Of a DNA stretch of 64,000 nucleotides, positions 49,769-63,600 are shown piece after piece. Positions within the stretch are counted from its first letter, which is position 1, and each line of letters begins with the position of its first letter. This DNA is from Somniosus microcephalus (taxonomy: Eukaryota): NCBI GenBank assembly GCA_052327205.1, contig CM126203.1, forward strand, positions 101,246,001 to 101,310,000. Reading direction: 5' to 3'. Both the position numbers and the translations under genes were made by a program. Under the pieces are notes generated by a model. The model saw only the letters and a list, made by a program, of their open reading frames with translations. It did not search any database and had not been told where the DNA came from.

Positions 49769-52322
49769 GAGGCCCTTATTCAAGTTTATTTAATTACTGT
49801 TGTGGTAAATCTGTTTATTAGCTGCAGCCCACTGCAGTGTAACAACCCAACATAGGGCTTCTTAGAGAGACCAGAACAGGAACAGTTTGAAGGCTCTGTC
49901 CTTGTTGGTCTTTTCATAGGATTCCCAGCTCTGGTTTCACTCCTGTGGCAGCGCCTGTGAAAGGGGATCAATCAATAATCTGTGATTTGTTCCTTTTACA
50001 AAGATTGAACTGGACTGTGTCCCGTTACAGCAACTGTGAGGGAGGATTTATTCCCGCCCATTACAGGCAGTTTGAAAGCGAACAGAAAATGAACCCAAAT
50101 TTAAACCAGATCCTGAAATTGGTGAGGAAAATATGGAATAAGAGAGAAGATAAGAAAGATTTTCAAATTTTTGGCTAAAGGTGAGATTATTTACCATCCA
50201 ATATATTTATTAATGTCCTCTGGATCTGCAAAACCAAATCTAGCAGCAACAACAATCTGGAACCAAATATATAGTAATTCTAATTGAACTGCATAAATCA
50301 AAGTGATTATGTGGGCGAGAGAACAGAGAAGAGTGGACTTAATAAAAGGTAACCGCACTGCGAACAGCTGCTTGAACTGCCCAAAATAGCCGGCCTATTT
50401 AATGAGATTTAAGTGGTGCCTTTGTAATTGATGTCTATGGCAATGGAAATGGTTAGCACCATTTTCCTGATATGGGCAGCTATCCAGGATAAACGGGGAC
50501 AGTGGGGACTGCATCAGTAAAGCAGAGTAAATTCTCTCAAGTAATATTTACAATGGCAACAATGAATTAGAATTGGAACAAGTGCATCACTCTACCCCAC
50601 AGGAATGGATAGAAAAGTTTGGAATAGGGGTTGGGAGGGAAAAATCAGAAGACAACTCAAGCAGCTCCTCCAAAGATTTTGCTGATTAAGACGGTGAGAA
50701 GCTAAGCCAGACGCATCCGTCTCTATTGAGTTGGCTCATCTCAACTGGGGGCGACAGTTGGTTCGTTTTGGTTAGGGAGGGTGAAAAAAATGCTGATACT
50801 CCCACACTTGACTGCTATCCAACAGCCCCTGCTGGAAATGTGATGCACTCCCACCAAATGTTCTGCCGATATTCATTGCATAGGCTCACACGTAACCAGT
50901 CATTTGGGAGTACTGTAGGACAACTAAAGCCCACTGAACTGTGCATCAGCAAGGATTCCCCAATAGCCAACACGATAAGTCTGCTTTCCCCTTATGCCAA
51001 GCAATTGTTCATGGAGATACCAAAAGTGGAGATAAAGAATAATTAAGCTCTTGTTCTTACACGAACCTAGTGCTCTGTGCACTTTTAATTTGCTACCTCT
51101 CCAATTTTAAAAGACTTCTCAATTTGCACTATTAGTGTAGAGTACCCACTTCGTAACAAGCACAGTAATTCTATGACATGTATAGGCTACTTACTTATGT
51201 TGTAATATTTTAAAAGATTGCATAAAATAAATTTTCCCACAAGAGTCCATGTCAACAAATCAATGTTACAAACAAAATAATTTAATTTTGAGAGCATCAC
51301 TTTTAAAAGAAAACTTTACATAGTCTTAATGCATGCCCAAACTAAAATCTAAGTTTTATGTTAAAATGTGAAGCAGAAAAGCTTCCAGAACCTCACTGAA
51401 GACTTGATCATCTGTAATACCCATAATGTGCATGAAGAAAAACATTTAAGACACTTAAATTTGAATATGAAGCAACAATACTGGAATACTATATAAAGTG
51501 ATTTTAAATTGCTTTTGAAAGTTAGTATTTCAAAATAGAAGTTAAATTTTGAATCATTGGAAAAATACCATCACAATTAGTCACCTACCCACAATAATGA
51601 ATCAAAACAGTCCCTGAACATAATTTTTGACCATCAGGCAAAAATGCTAATGCAGTCAGGTGACTCCTTTCCAACAAAAGGAAAGTATAATATTATTGAC
51701 CAAGAAAATAAGTTACAAATTTTAACCAAGCTCTGGACTTCACATTTTAAAATATTAATCACCAACAATCTTACAAAATTTTATTTGCACAGCAAAAATT
51801 GAAGTATTTTTGTAACTTTAAACTTTTCAACCAATGAAAAGTTTATTCTCCCCAAACTTGTTAACAAAATCAACAAGAGTTTTAAAAAAAACCTCTATGA
51901 CCTGACTGAACTCTTATTTGAAAGCATTCCCGAAATGGATATAAACCATCTGCATGTGTGGAGCCATATCTTCCATTTTGTTTTTAGCAAATTAAGAAAA
52001 CAAAAGCTTGTCTGAACTACTTAGAATGTCTGTAAAAGTGTACTTTTAATCACTTAATGAAAATTATTATTAAAGTAATTCTGAGAACAAACCAGAAGTC
52101 TGCTTTTCTGAGAGAACTGTGATCTTACTTCCCAAGTAAAATGGGAGGAAAAGCATAGTTTAGCTTCGCAACATGTCAACTTCCATGTAATTTATTGCTA
52201 GTCTGTGTCACCAATAGGGAAACAGCTTTCTTACAAAAACAGAAAACCCTTAAAAATAGGAAAGCACAAAACTTTCCGAATAACTGCACACGCAAATTCT
52301 GAACTGAGCAGCGAACACTCAC

Positions 52323-52418
52323 CGCAGCACTCTTTCCAGGAAAGCTGAAGAAGGCATCAGGGCCCAATTTCTGTGGCACCTGTTTCAATATGGTCAGTAA
52401 TTTCACTGCATGTGGAGG
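52323..52418 (-). CDS. LRBA: LRBA coding exon (96 nt)
   Basis: PPHAVKLLTILKQVPQKLGPDAFFSFPGKSAA; TTGCAG| acceptor, GCG|GTGAGT donor. Confidence 0.96.
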
Positions 52419-52800
52419 CTGCAAAGAAAATGCTTTAAAATTACTTCCAGCAATTTTCATTTAAAAGAAATCATTCTGCCTGTACTCGTGGATTGAGGAA
52501 AATTTGCAATAAATATTACCATATCACCAAAATGGAACATAACAATCACAATTTAATCAATGTAGAAATTTAAAATATGCACATTAAACAATACTTAATG
52601 GACATTAGCCTCAAACCATACTATACATCTATGTTGTGGCTTCAAACCACAGCTTTACAGAACAATCCAGCTTCAATCAAATGCATAACCATTTACATTT
52701 TTGCATAAGATGAAATATCACTCATTTCTGTACAAAACTCAGGAATTCAGCTTTTCACCATTTTTTAACCACCAAATCGAAAAAATGCAACGAATGTTAC

Positions 52801-52901
52801 CCATTGTCCTTTTTCTCCTTGCACTTTGCTGACCAATAGTTTCAGTTCACGGACAGTTATATTGTAGCTCGCCAGCACTCCTAACATGTCAACCAGCAGA
52901 T
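52801..52901 (-). CDS. LRBA: LRBA coding exon (101 nt)
   Basis: (D)[33 protein letters not shown]; TTGCAG| acceptor, TGG|GTAAC donor. Confidence 0.96.
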
Positions 52902-53061
52902 CTGCAAGTGAAAGCATACATTAGTTAAAAAATATTAAAATATGCTGCTCAAATTCAAACTACATTAAAAAGAAAAATATAAAATGACCAAATATTTGAG
53001 GGATTCATGACCTCCCAGTAGGGCCAGCCACTCTCAAGAACCACGAGGCCAATTAGCCTAC

Positions 53062-53293
53062 CTGCTATCATATTGTTAGCTTTATCAATTCTCTTCAGAA
53101 CATGTTCAATCAATCCAGCATCTGTACAGGCCTGTAGATTGCGAATACTTTTTTTCAGAATTGCAGTGAAAATGCTCCAAACTTCAGCCTGGCAGGTCAC
53201 ATCACAGTTGTCCAATAGCTCCACCATGCAGGCAATACTTTCCACATCTTGGATGATGAAATTCATCTCCAAATCAAATTGTCCTCCTACAAG
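53062..53293 (-). CDS. LRBA: LRBA coding exon (232 nt; ~human exon 3)
   Basis: LVGGQFDLEMNFIIQDVESIACMVELLDNCDVTCQAEVWSIFTAILKKSIRNLQACTDAGLIEHVLKRIDKANNMIA; acceptor TAAAG|, donor G|GTAGG. Confidence 0.96.
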
Positions 53294-55320
53294 CTTTAAT
53301 CAAAAAACATATTGTTTACAAATTGCAAGATAACTGCACAATCCCATTTTCCTGACAAAGATTTACTCTTGATCAAGTGTCACATGTGCATGCTTGCATG
53401 CTGATCTACTTGAATGCTGTAAATTCTATTCTTGAAGGTTGTATCAATTTCAAATATCATTTTTTTTTTTAAAAACAAAGTAGCCATATTGGAGCATCAG
53501 AATTATGGCGCAGTGGAAGATGTGATAACATTTTTGCCCATTTTCTCTCTTCTAATACTTAAGCTAAAATTTCAAACTTGTGGCAAACTCAACTTTGTGT
53601 TACACATAACTAAATTATTGAAACCAAGGTCAAACGGTTATAAACTATTACCACATCCATACTGTTTCACCATCCTGTAAAGAGCAGAGGTTATGCCAAA
53701 TTTTGGAGATATAAAGTTGAAGCAGAGAACATACATGTCCATCAGGATAAATAGGTGCTTAGAGAAAAGGTTTCAAAAAATAAATGTAACAATTGATATA
53801 GTCATCAGATCACAGTAGAACAGAATAGCTTGGTTGTTGTGCAATCAGACAACATTATATTCCAGGAAAGAGCAAAGTAGCAATGCTAGGGGTTTACTGT
53901 CTACTCTTGATAATTCAGTCATTCTTCTGCTAAAAATTCAAATTAAACATGTAAATGAAACAGCTAAGTGGGAATTTAGTGCTAATAATTGAATCATCAG
54001 CTCATTTGAATTAAGCAACTCTGAAATAAGAGTAGACTATTTCCAAAACATGCCAACTTTAACAGTTGGGAGTTAAAATAATTATCTGCTCTATGCACCC
54101 AAGGCAGGTCTTGCTTTTTCAGCACTTCTGGTATCTACTCTACATCAGTTGTCTTTATATATGCTCATGATGCATAACGTATCCTACAATGTTCCCATAC
54201 TTACATGAAAAATGACTTACAGTACAGCTTTGGTGCATAGAAACCATGACATTATACTATTATCTAGAATACTTAAGTATTTTTAAATTCTTTGTAAAAG
54301 TTCAGTTCATTGCAGCGTAAGTATCTTTAAAAAAAAGTATATTACTATGATGATAAAAATGTAAGCTAAGATACACACAAACTTTGATTAAATTTTGCTC
54401 CCAACATGAGTTGGGACATCAGTTAAATGAGATTGCAAAGCAGTGTAAGCTTTTCTTCTCACTACTTTTCAGTTCGATTGTAAAGGGGGGGAAATTTCAA
54501 ATGTACTTTCTTCTAGCAAACTCCTGAAGACCTTCTCAATCAGTCCAAAGATAGTTCGTTGATTAATTCAGGTCCTGCCAAAGAGGCCACTAAGCAGATT
54601 GGTGTCAATTGGCATCCAGAACTGAAATGGGTGCCGATCAGGACTTCGACACAAAATTCAGCAGCAACTACGCACATAGCAAGCAATGCAATCTTACTCC
54701 TGCAGTACCCCAAATTTCAAAAGATAAACACTTAGGAAAGACACTTGCTCATTTGTCCATTTTTCTTGTTTATACAAGTTCTTAAAAACTGAAATTGTCC
54801 AAAGAAACCACAAGCAGTTAATACATGACACACACCGACAATCAGCTTAACTAAGCCAGGTGATGAGACCTGTAGAAACCTTCAAAATGTGAGCAGGGCT
54901 TCAGAATCGCACTGTACTAACAGTCAATCACACAGTGCAGTAACTAATGACAAATTTTTTGGCAATATTAATCCCCTTTTCAGACAGAATGACAGTTTCT
55001 CCCCCTCCCACCTGTATACATCCACTAAGTGAAAGACTCTTCGTGTCTCCATGTTCTCAATTGAATAGCCGTGGAGGAAATAAATCACTTAGTTCCTACA
55101 TAATGTCTCACTAGTTCCCCTTGTTAATGTTACAAATGGTTCTCTCTTTGGAGTTGATCAAATTATGTTACGGTCAGACTACCTGAAAGTACAATCAATG
55201 CTCAATCTGCAGATAAGGAGCACTTGCACAGTTCAGCAAAGAAGAGACTCTCCAATGGCAACTGACAAATGCCAAAAATACTCTCCAACGACAACTGGCA
55301 CGCCAAAAATATTAGTCACC

Positions 55321-55501
55321 TGTTGTGTATGTACCTTTAAGAGAATAACTGGTCTCAGACTGCAGTACCGGCAGTGACCACCCCTGTATAAAAAGGCGCT
55401 AGAGAGCCTCTGTTGGTTAGTTTCGTTTATGCCTTTCACTAGTAAAGATTTGTTTGTTTCTCTCCTGCTAGTCTGTGTCTCAATCATTCACGGACTTATC
55501 A
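55321..55501 (+). mobile_element. Short solo LTR, related to 1625-1816
   Basis: TGT...TCA termini; shares TACCTTTAAG and CTGCAGTACCGGCAGTGACCAC.CCTGTATA; TATA-like TATAAAA and polyA-like AGTAAA; TSD not clean. Confidence 0.7.
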
Positions 55502-55899
55502 TCTGCACTACATATTCCAAATCGACACTTACTGTCTGATGAATACGGTTTTTTTTGGGGGGGGGGGGGGAAAAGAGAGATGAGGGGCAGTATATATTGT
55601 CATGCTGTTTGGGCTGCAAGCAAAGGCCCGTTTAAAAAAAATATACAAAATATTTTGCTCCAGAGCTTCAGGATTTTGCTCCAATGAAATTAATTGTGAC
55701 CACCATTAGCCCCACCCAAGAGATATGGTAGGACCTTTAATCATGCTAGCTCTCATCCAGCACCTTTAGCTTTGCCTTCTCCAAGATGCACCTTGCTCTC
55801 TGTCAGATATTTCTGCTTTTCTAATTACCATCACCAACTAAGCCACATCACCGCAACAGTCACCTGGCCTACATCTGTTCTCAATTCCCAGGTTTGGCC

Positions 55900-56215
55900 T
55901 TTCACATGCCAGTAATCAGACTTTTTCTTCGGTTTTTTCCTGCTGTTCTTTTCTCCTTTCCTGAAAGTGCTAACTCCTGCTGGGGTACAGTTCCCTGGTC
56001 ACTGTCCTCTGGTAACTCAGCCAGATGCCCATTTTTCATGTATGCGCCTGCAAGGGTGTCAGCAGGATATTGGATAGTGGCTGTGCCCAGTTACAGCCTC
56101 ATCTGATATCCACACAACACTTTCAGCAGAGATCACTGGAAGGACACAGAGCAGCGACCAAGTCTCATTATAGACCCAAGTATCTGGGACCTCTGTGCTT
56201 CCAGTTCCATCTTTC
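55900..56215 (-). mobile_element. Probable SINE remnant
   Basis: Resembles a common chondrichthyan SINE body from recall; loosely related plus-strand remnant at ~50690-51040. Confidence 0.35.
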
Positions 56216-57961
56216 TCGTGTGATCTCAGTTCCTATCCCCTCCCATCAGTGCGCCCAGACCTAATTTTTCCCTACAGACGTCATTACTTCCCTGCTATCC
56301 TCCCGCCCCCACACACACTTCCTATAATCTGGCTTCCCTCCACCACCCTCAGTACTTTCACATTCAGACCACCTCCTCTCTCAACCACTACAGCATCTCA
56401 GCCTATTCTCCATTTCCAGTTCTTGTATAACATATTGCATCACTGCATATTTTTCCATTCTCCATTTATTGTGGGGGGTGGGGGGGGGGGGGGGGGGGGG
56501 GAAAGAGTGAAAATATTCAGCAAGTTCCGTAAAGACCATTTGAATTAATCAAATTTCATTGAGGTAAATGAATAATCCAGAAGACATTACGTAAAAAAAT
56601 CCTGATAGAGAGGCATCAAGGGGAAAAAGTCAATGTTCCATCTTAGATTACTAAATAGGGTGCCCAAGAGAGACCAGACTAGTAACAAACAAAGCAGGCA
56701 TTGCCAAACAGCAAGCACTTCTCCTGTGAGGATAGCGAATTGAAGAACTGCACATCATATCTGGTTTTCCCCTCAGAAACTTCTCGCTTTTTAAAAAATA
56801 TACACGGTCTCATTTATGAAACTTGTTACTTGCCAACACAAACGTTTCCTTGGATTTGAACCAAATTTCTACATAATCACTTGGTACAACTTCACAAGCA
56901 GCTAGCAAGTACCACAACTTAAACAGTTTTCTACTGTACTGCCACAATCTTAGCTGGTATACATCTGTGAACACCTTCATAAAACTTACGAGCTTTATAA
57001 CAGTTGATTTTATTGCACTAAGGAAAGTAGCAGTAAATTTTGCTACGGCATTCAGTGTGTTATGCTGCAGCTCTCTGGATGCAAGTTAGAATGTTAATGT
57101 GAAAATTGAGAAACAGTAAATCAGTAACCTCGTTTTTTTTCTCCTGGGCCCAAGGATAAGGAGACCAGCTGTAGCCAACCTGGCTGATCAAGAATTTAAA
57201 CTGGACCCTTCCAGACTGTGCAACTCAACACCTGACTAAACTCATCACCTTCCACTCTCCTTACCTTGGTAACACAAACTTTTTAACTTTCACTGGAACA
57301 AAATGAAATCGAGCTCTAACTTTGTCTAATACTCATTCTTGGCAACTTCGGTGTTAGAGTGCTGCAATTTTCTTGTACAGTCTGTACAGCAGTGGTATCA
57401 TGCCATCATGCACAACTTTGAACTCATCAGTCTACCCAAAACCTTGATCAACACAGAAATTCAGATAATGCAGACCATTTCCTCTGCCAATCCAATTTTT
57501 GAATTGTTTCATATCCACATTTGTGCTCATGGACAGAAGAGGGGTGGAATGGAGAATTCACAGGGGAGACAATTTTGAGAAAGACCCAAAGCAATCAGCT
57601 GTGCTACAGGAGATACATGAAGCTTACCATTGGAGTTCTTTTGAAAAAAGCTGCAGTTGACAGCTGCAAACAGTGACTTTACATACAATAGGAGCAGAAA
57701 TCAGGTTGGCTTGGGATGTTTCATCTTAAATCAAGAGGCCAGGTCGGAAAAGCAAAATTTTTAGAAGATACAACAGGTACAATTGACCCAAGATGTAATA
57801 CCAGATGACCGAAGGGAAGCGTGAGATACAAAACCCTTCTTGCCAACCTAAATCTCCATACTAGTATTAGCATAAATAGAAAGAGTAAAAGCCGTTGAAA
57901 CCAGTAAGAGCAGCAAAGAATGATCAAAAACCATCTCAATTGGTTGACTTGTAGTGCCAAA

Positions 57962-58236
57962 CAAGATAGGACTGGTATATCAGGTGATTTGTTATAGGGT
58001 ATTCTGCAAGATAGGACTGGTTTATCAGGTGATTTGTTATAGGGTATTCTGCAAGACAGGACTGGTATATCAGGTGATTTGTTATAGGGTATTCTGCAAG
58101 ACAGGACTGGTATATCAGGTGATTTGTTATAGGGTATTCTGCAAGACAGGACTGGTATATCAGGTGATTTGTTATAGGGTATTCTGCAAGATAGGACTGG
58201 TTTATCAGGTGATTTGTTATAGGGTATTCTGCAAGA
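57962..58236. repeat. 45-bp tandem repeat, 6 near-perfect copies
   Basis: Unit CAAGA(T/C)AGGACTGGT(A/T)TATCAGGTGATTTGTTATAGGGTATTCTG. Confidence 0.97.
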
Positions 58237-59677
58237 AGCAGAGGCGAGACAGTTTAAAAGAGCCCAGCAGTGAGGAGATCAAGACAATGGAAGTTAAGAG
58301 CACGAGGAAAAGGTCTAGAAAGCTAGCTGGATTACTGGGCAATCAGGGATACACAGGCAAGACTGGCTGACCGGGTCTATTTTGATGAGGATCAATAGTG
58401 GCTCCCTCAAGAGGAAGGCATCACTACTGCAACACTATGACAGTTGGTCAAATCAAACCAAGAAATGTAGAAAATTAAATAAACTTTCATCGTGATAGTG
58501 TTTTCTCATCAATTACACATTGATGTTATACAGATTAACCAAGGATTCTGCAGAAATACCAGCCTTATTAGAAGTGATGCCATACTGAGCAACTCTGAAG
58601 TCACCTGAGTTTGAAAAGAACATATACATTTTTTTCTCAGTCATGTTTTGAAAAGTATTTCTCAGTTTTTGTCCAAATTAAGTAGTCCATCTGAAGCAGA
58701 GAATGGATGTATACACACACAAACATAGCAACACAGACAGAAAAATTGAATTGTTAGCAGCAAATCACCACATTCAAGGAAGGACCTTGGTTGTGTGGTC
58801 CAGCTGATATTGTAGTTTAGGGCAGAAGACTACTTATTTTACAGTTAACTACTGTAAATCTAGTTTCCTATTGTTTCTGTTCACCTATCTATTTACAGGG
58901 TAATAAACCTGTTTGGTTGTTGAACAGAGGCCAGTCTAGTGAAATATTTATACTGTCTTCTTTAGTTGACCGAGGGCAAGTGGCACAACCAGCAAGCTGA
59001 GATACACAGTGAAGACGGTTCTCTGTTCAACCTATGAGCTCCCTATAAATTATCTGGCTATTGGACAGATCACAGGGAATAAGGACTCACTTACAAGCTG
59101 TTCTTGATGCTGAACCGGAGAAAAATAATCAAGTCAAGTCCCTATGCTTTCTCCCTGCCCTGGCAGCAGCATAAAATGATTCTTACCACACACAGCCTGG
59201 TCCATCCACCTATTCTCTCAGGACAATCTCAAGTTTTTTCCTTATATGTTGGTAAATGGGTTTCAGATATAATATGATTTGTGTTTGTCCCAACTTTTAG
59301 CATTTGGTGCAAATTTTCTTTCTGCAATCATTCAAGCATTTCCCTGAAAAATTGAGAATTTTTTCAGTAACTCCAGATCTGACACTTTTTTCTGCTGAAG
59401 CCGTTCTCTCTAGACAGATGCTGCCATTGGAGGATTTCCTGATTTTATTTGCTTTTTGGTTTCTATTGACACAGGAAGCTTGTCTGGCTTTTGATACTCG
59501 AGGACAGCAAAATTCTATTGAAATCACAAACAAGAAATGAGAGGATATTTAAATGGCAGCTCCAAAGATTTTCAACAATAGTCAGCTACAGGATGCCTAA
59601 TTTAAGATCCTGTATTCGACAAAAACACAAATTCAGAAACTTCAGTATTTTGTTAGAGCGAATGGGGAGCAGTCAAT

Positions 59678-60436
59678 GGGACAGATTTTGCGTTAAGAAT
59701 AACAGTAAGCGCAAGACTAACAGCGAGGCTTACAGCGTTCACCATTATTATGGAGTAAATCGGACAGTAACTTCTGGCGTCCGCACACGCCCATTTAAAC
59801 ACGGAAATCCAGAAGTTGCTGTCAGAGAGACCCTGCTCCTCCACTGTAACAGTCCTCCCTGATAGACTTGGCACTGAAATAAATATAATAGCGTGAAGTT
59901 GTGGTACTTGCCCACTAGTTACCCACAAAACAGGTCAGAAAAAGTTAGGGCTGGTACTTTCAGGAGTACGTGAATTTTTAATGGTGTGCCAAGTGATAAT
60001 TACTGCCAAACAACCTCTCTGGCCCTAAAAATTTAATTTTACAAATGTGGAGTCTCATTCCTTCAGAGATTAATTGGTGAAGATTTTTTTTAATAAAAAT
60101 TTCTCTTTTTTTAAACTTATTGTTTCTTATCTCTCTCGCTTCTCTTAATCCAATCTTTCACAATCTTTATTTTGCTTACTGTACATGATTTTTCATTGAA
60201 TTAAATCTAATTTATACTTTCTGGTTGATACTTTCTAGTTTAGACTATGCATGTCTCTGAGGATTCTTCAATCTGATTGGTTGAAGAGCCTCGTTCTCTT
60301 AACAGACGCCCCAGATCCCCTTGAGAGGGCGCAGTGTTGGAAATGGTATCTAAATAGCGCAAGTCACCACTCAAAAGCTCACCAAAAGTTTGTGCGCAAC
60401 TGTCATTTCTTCGCCACTGACCGCAAAATCTAAGCC
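59678..60436. mobile_element. Harbinger-type MITE (759 bp) with 3-bp TSD AAT
   Basis: AAT|GGGACAGATTTTGCG...CGCAAAATCTAAGCC|AAT; TIR 12/16; partial second copy at 19290. Confidence 0.82.
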
Positions 60437-61114
60437 AATATCTTCTCCCACAATTTTTCTAAGTGTTCCAGACCCAAAGTTTGAGGAGATGAAAACCAGA
60501 GGTTCCAGTGTTGATTCTAACCTGCTCCATTGTGTGCTCCCCATTCCCTCCATCAAAATGCTGAGGTTTCAGAAAAACGCTAAAAACTGTCAGGTGTGTT
60601 TATAACTCCAGCAAAGATCTTAAAATGGGGCCTCCTGCAACCTTTTAGTAATAGAACTCTTTTAAACCCCTTTTAAATATCCCATTTCTTGTCTGTGATA
60701 CTAAGTTCCTGTCCTCAACTCACATAAGTGAGTCAAGCTCCCTGTATTCAGTTGAAGCCCAACCCCCAAACTATTTATGGTTAACTTTTTGTCCCCGTCT
60801 AGTACTCGATGTATTGCTGAATCTCCGTTCTAGCATTCAGTGGAGCTGTGTCTACACTCTGCTTCTGTTGACCAACTGCAGAAAATAGACCAGGCAGAGC
60901 AGATCATATTTTCTCTTTAGTTGGACAAAGCCAATTTTCTTTAGAGATAATGCCCCATCTTGAAATATTGCTTTGGATTTGGACTGATGCTTTTGACTAA
61001 TGAGTTTTCCATTGACCATACTGATCACTTTAGAATTACTTGTTTTTTGGGGGTTCTACTTTTCACTCAACAATTCCAAAACATGGTGGTGTTAATTAGA
61101 CTCAAGAGAAGGAC

Positions 61115-61700
61115 CCACAACACCAACTTGCATTTAAATAGTTCCTTTAATGTAAAAATAAATGTCCCAAGATACCCAAGCTGGAGGAAGAAAAAGATAA
61201 AAGAAATAAAGGAAGGTGCCAAAATGTGCAGTGACAATTAGGAAAGGTCACAGACGGCTTGGTTGAAAAGATGGATTTTGAAAGGTGGAGAGAGAAAATG
61301 AGACCGAGGAGTTTCAGCAGGGAGGTTCAGAGAGTACAGCTGAGGCAGCCAATGGAGGATTGGTGGGTAGAAAATGGGAAAATAAATGGCATTGGAAGAA
61401 ATCTAGAGGTGACAAATGCATGGTTTTAAGACTTCAACAGGGGTGGGGGAGAAGAGAGGCAAGGTGGAGACCAGCAATATTGTGCAGATAGAGTTAAGCA
61501 ATCTGGGTGATCGCTAGAATGTGGGGTTTCAAGCTCAGCTCTGGGTCAAAGAGAATGCCATGGTTTTGTGCAGTCTGGTTCATCCTCAGAGGATGGAGTC
61601 AGTGGCAATGGAATGGGGTTGATGGTAGGGGCTGAAAATTATGGTTTAGGTTTTTCCAGTAATTCAGAAGAAAATTTTGACTTGATGCCAGAAAGACAAG
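61115..61700 (-). mobile_element. Old L2 3' fragment
   Basis: L2 tail AACTTGCATTTAAATAG..CCTTTAATGTAAAA..ATGTCCCAAG similar to those at 6236 and 62486. Confidence 0.55.
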
Positions 61701-62485
61701 CATCTTACTCAATAAGCATGGAATTGTTTAGTATTGTTATGGGTTGCTTCCATTCCTAATCTGTGCTGAGTTAACTTATCTCAGCAAAGTTTGTAATGGA
61801 GGTGAGCATGGGAGGGAAGGAAATAGACATGAAACCATGGGTTACTTCTACTGAGCACTATCCTCTGAATACACACGCTTGTGTGAACATTAGGTGAGAA
61901 CAGACATGGGCTTGGTTAGAATAACCCCTAGCAGTCAAATACACACATGAAGAATGGCCATTTGGTAAGAACAACAGACACCTGTGGAACCATCTGTCAG
62001 CATTGGTCAGCATAACCATCACAGCTGACATGAGGTATTGGCTCAGAGAGGCTACAGGTAGAAGAAAATAGAGAGAGAGATACAATCATTTAAAACAGAT
62101 GAAAACCAACCAGTACACTTCAACTGCAAATATGTGAATAATCAAATTCTGCAGATGCATCTCCAATAGCATCAACTTGGGAAAAAATGGCTACACAATT
62201 AAAAGTCTTGCATAGAGAACCCACCACAAATATGTAGCATGAAAAATTATCCATCGCACTTTTCTGGTTGTAAATGACCAGTCACTGTTTAATAAACTAT
62301 ACTGATTAATCAAATATCTGGCAGCTAGGAAAATCAACTGCTACTGATCATGAGCAAAAAACCCAAATAATCATCTTTTTTTTCCAAAAGCTACCAATCA
62401 GGAACCAGCAACTGCCACAAAACAAATTATTTTTTCAAAAAGCTTTTGGCCACTATTTTCCTACCTCACTTAGGTCAATGTGCAC

Positions 62486-63600
62486 AACAATTTGCATTTA
62501 TATAGCGCCTTTAAAGTAGTAGAACCTCCCAAGGCGCTTCACAGGAGCGTTAGCAAATAAAATTTAACAGAGCCACATAAGGAGATATTAGGACAGATGA
62601 GAGGTGGGTTTTAAGGAGTCTTAAAAAGGAGAGAGGTGTGGAGAGGTTTAGGGAGGGAATTCCAGAGCCTAGGGCCCAAGCAGCTGAAGGCACAGCCACC
62701 AATGGTGGAGTGATTAAAATCGGGAATGCGCCGGTCAGAATTGGGGGAGCGCAGTGATCTCAGACAGCTGTAGGAGGTTAGAGATGAGGAGGGGCGAGAT
62801 CCTCGGGGGACTCCAGAGGAAACGGTGTGGGAGCAGGAAGAGAAGCCATTGCAGGTGGTTCTCTGGCTATGGATGGATACATAAGAACGGAATCGGGCAA
62901 GGGCAGTACCACCCAGCTGGACGACAGAGGAGAGGTGTTGGATGAGGATGGTGTAGTCAACCTTGCCAAAGATTGCAGACAGGTTGAGAAGGATGAGGAG
63001 GGATAATTTACCACAGTCACATAGGATGTCATTTGTGGTTTTGATGAGGGCCGTTTCAGTGCTGCAGCAATTGGAGGGGTTCAAACATGGAGTTGCGGAA
63101 AAGATGTGCACAGATTTGGGAAGCAACAACACATGCAAGGACTTGAGGGGAAAGGGAGGTTGGAGTTAGGGCGGCAGTTCACAAGGACAGAGGTGTCAAG
63201 GGTGTTTTTTTTTTTGGGGGGGGTGGGGGGTAATGGCAGCAGATTTGAAGGGGAGGGGGACGGTACCCAAGGAGAAGGAACTGTTAAAAAATATCAGCTA
63301 ACATGAGGGCCAGGAAAGGAAGTTGGGCGGTTTAGTGAGAATAGGGTCCAGGGAGCAGGAGCAGGAGGTAGGTCTCCTGAACAAGATGAGCTTGGCGAAG
63401 GCATGATGCGAGATAGGAGAGAGAAACTAGAGAAAGATGCGAGTTCAGGACTTGCGGGGAGGGGGGGGGGCGCCTTAGGGGAAGCTCAACTTGATGGGCT
63501 AGAGGAAGAGAGGGAAGCAGCAGAACGGATGGTCCCAATCTTAGGTGAGACAGAAGTCCATGAGTTCCTCGCTCTTGGCGGAGGTGCGAAGGACATGAAG
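62486..63600 (-). mobile_element. L2 LINE ORF2 fragment with internal deletion and 3' tail
   Basis: STETALIKTTNDILCDCGKLSLLILLNLSAIFGKVDY...SGVPRGS...AFSCLGPRLWNSLP; tail GGCGCTATATAAATGCAAATTGTTG on the minus strand. Confidence 0.88.

Larger units (their letters stand above)
5518..53293 (-). other. LRBA: LRBA gene, partial (17 internal coding exons; gene extends beyond both window ends)
   Basis: The spliced exons give 2151 nt of uninterrupted frame from LVGGQFDLEMNFIIQ to TTYNVLFE. Diagnostic residues ([57 protein letters not shown]) match LRBA rather than its paralog NBEA, from recalled sequences. Confidence 0.95.

Noticed and set aside
5518-53293. Assignment to NBEA (neurobeachin)
   Set aside because: Diagnostic residues agree with LRBA throughout.
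57954-58370. 138-aa ORF with repeated KIGLVYQVICYRVFC
   Set aside because: Translation of a 45-bp VNTR, antisense within an intron, with a non-ATG start and no recognisable homology.
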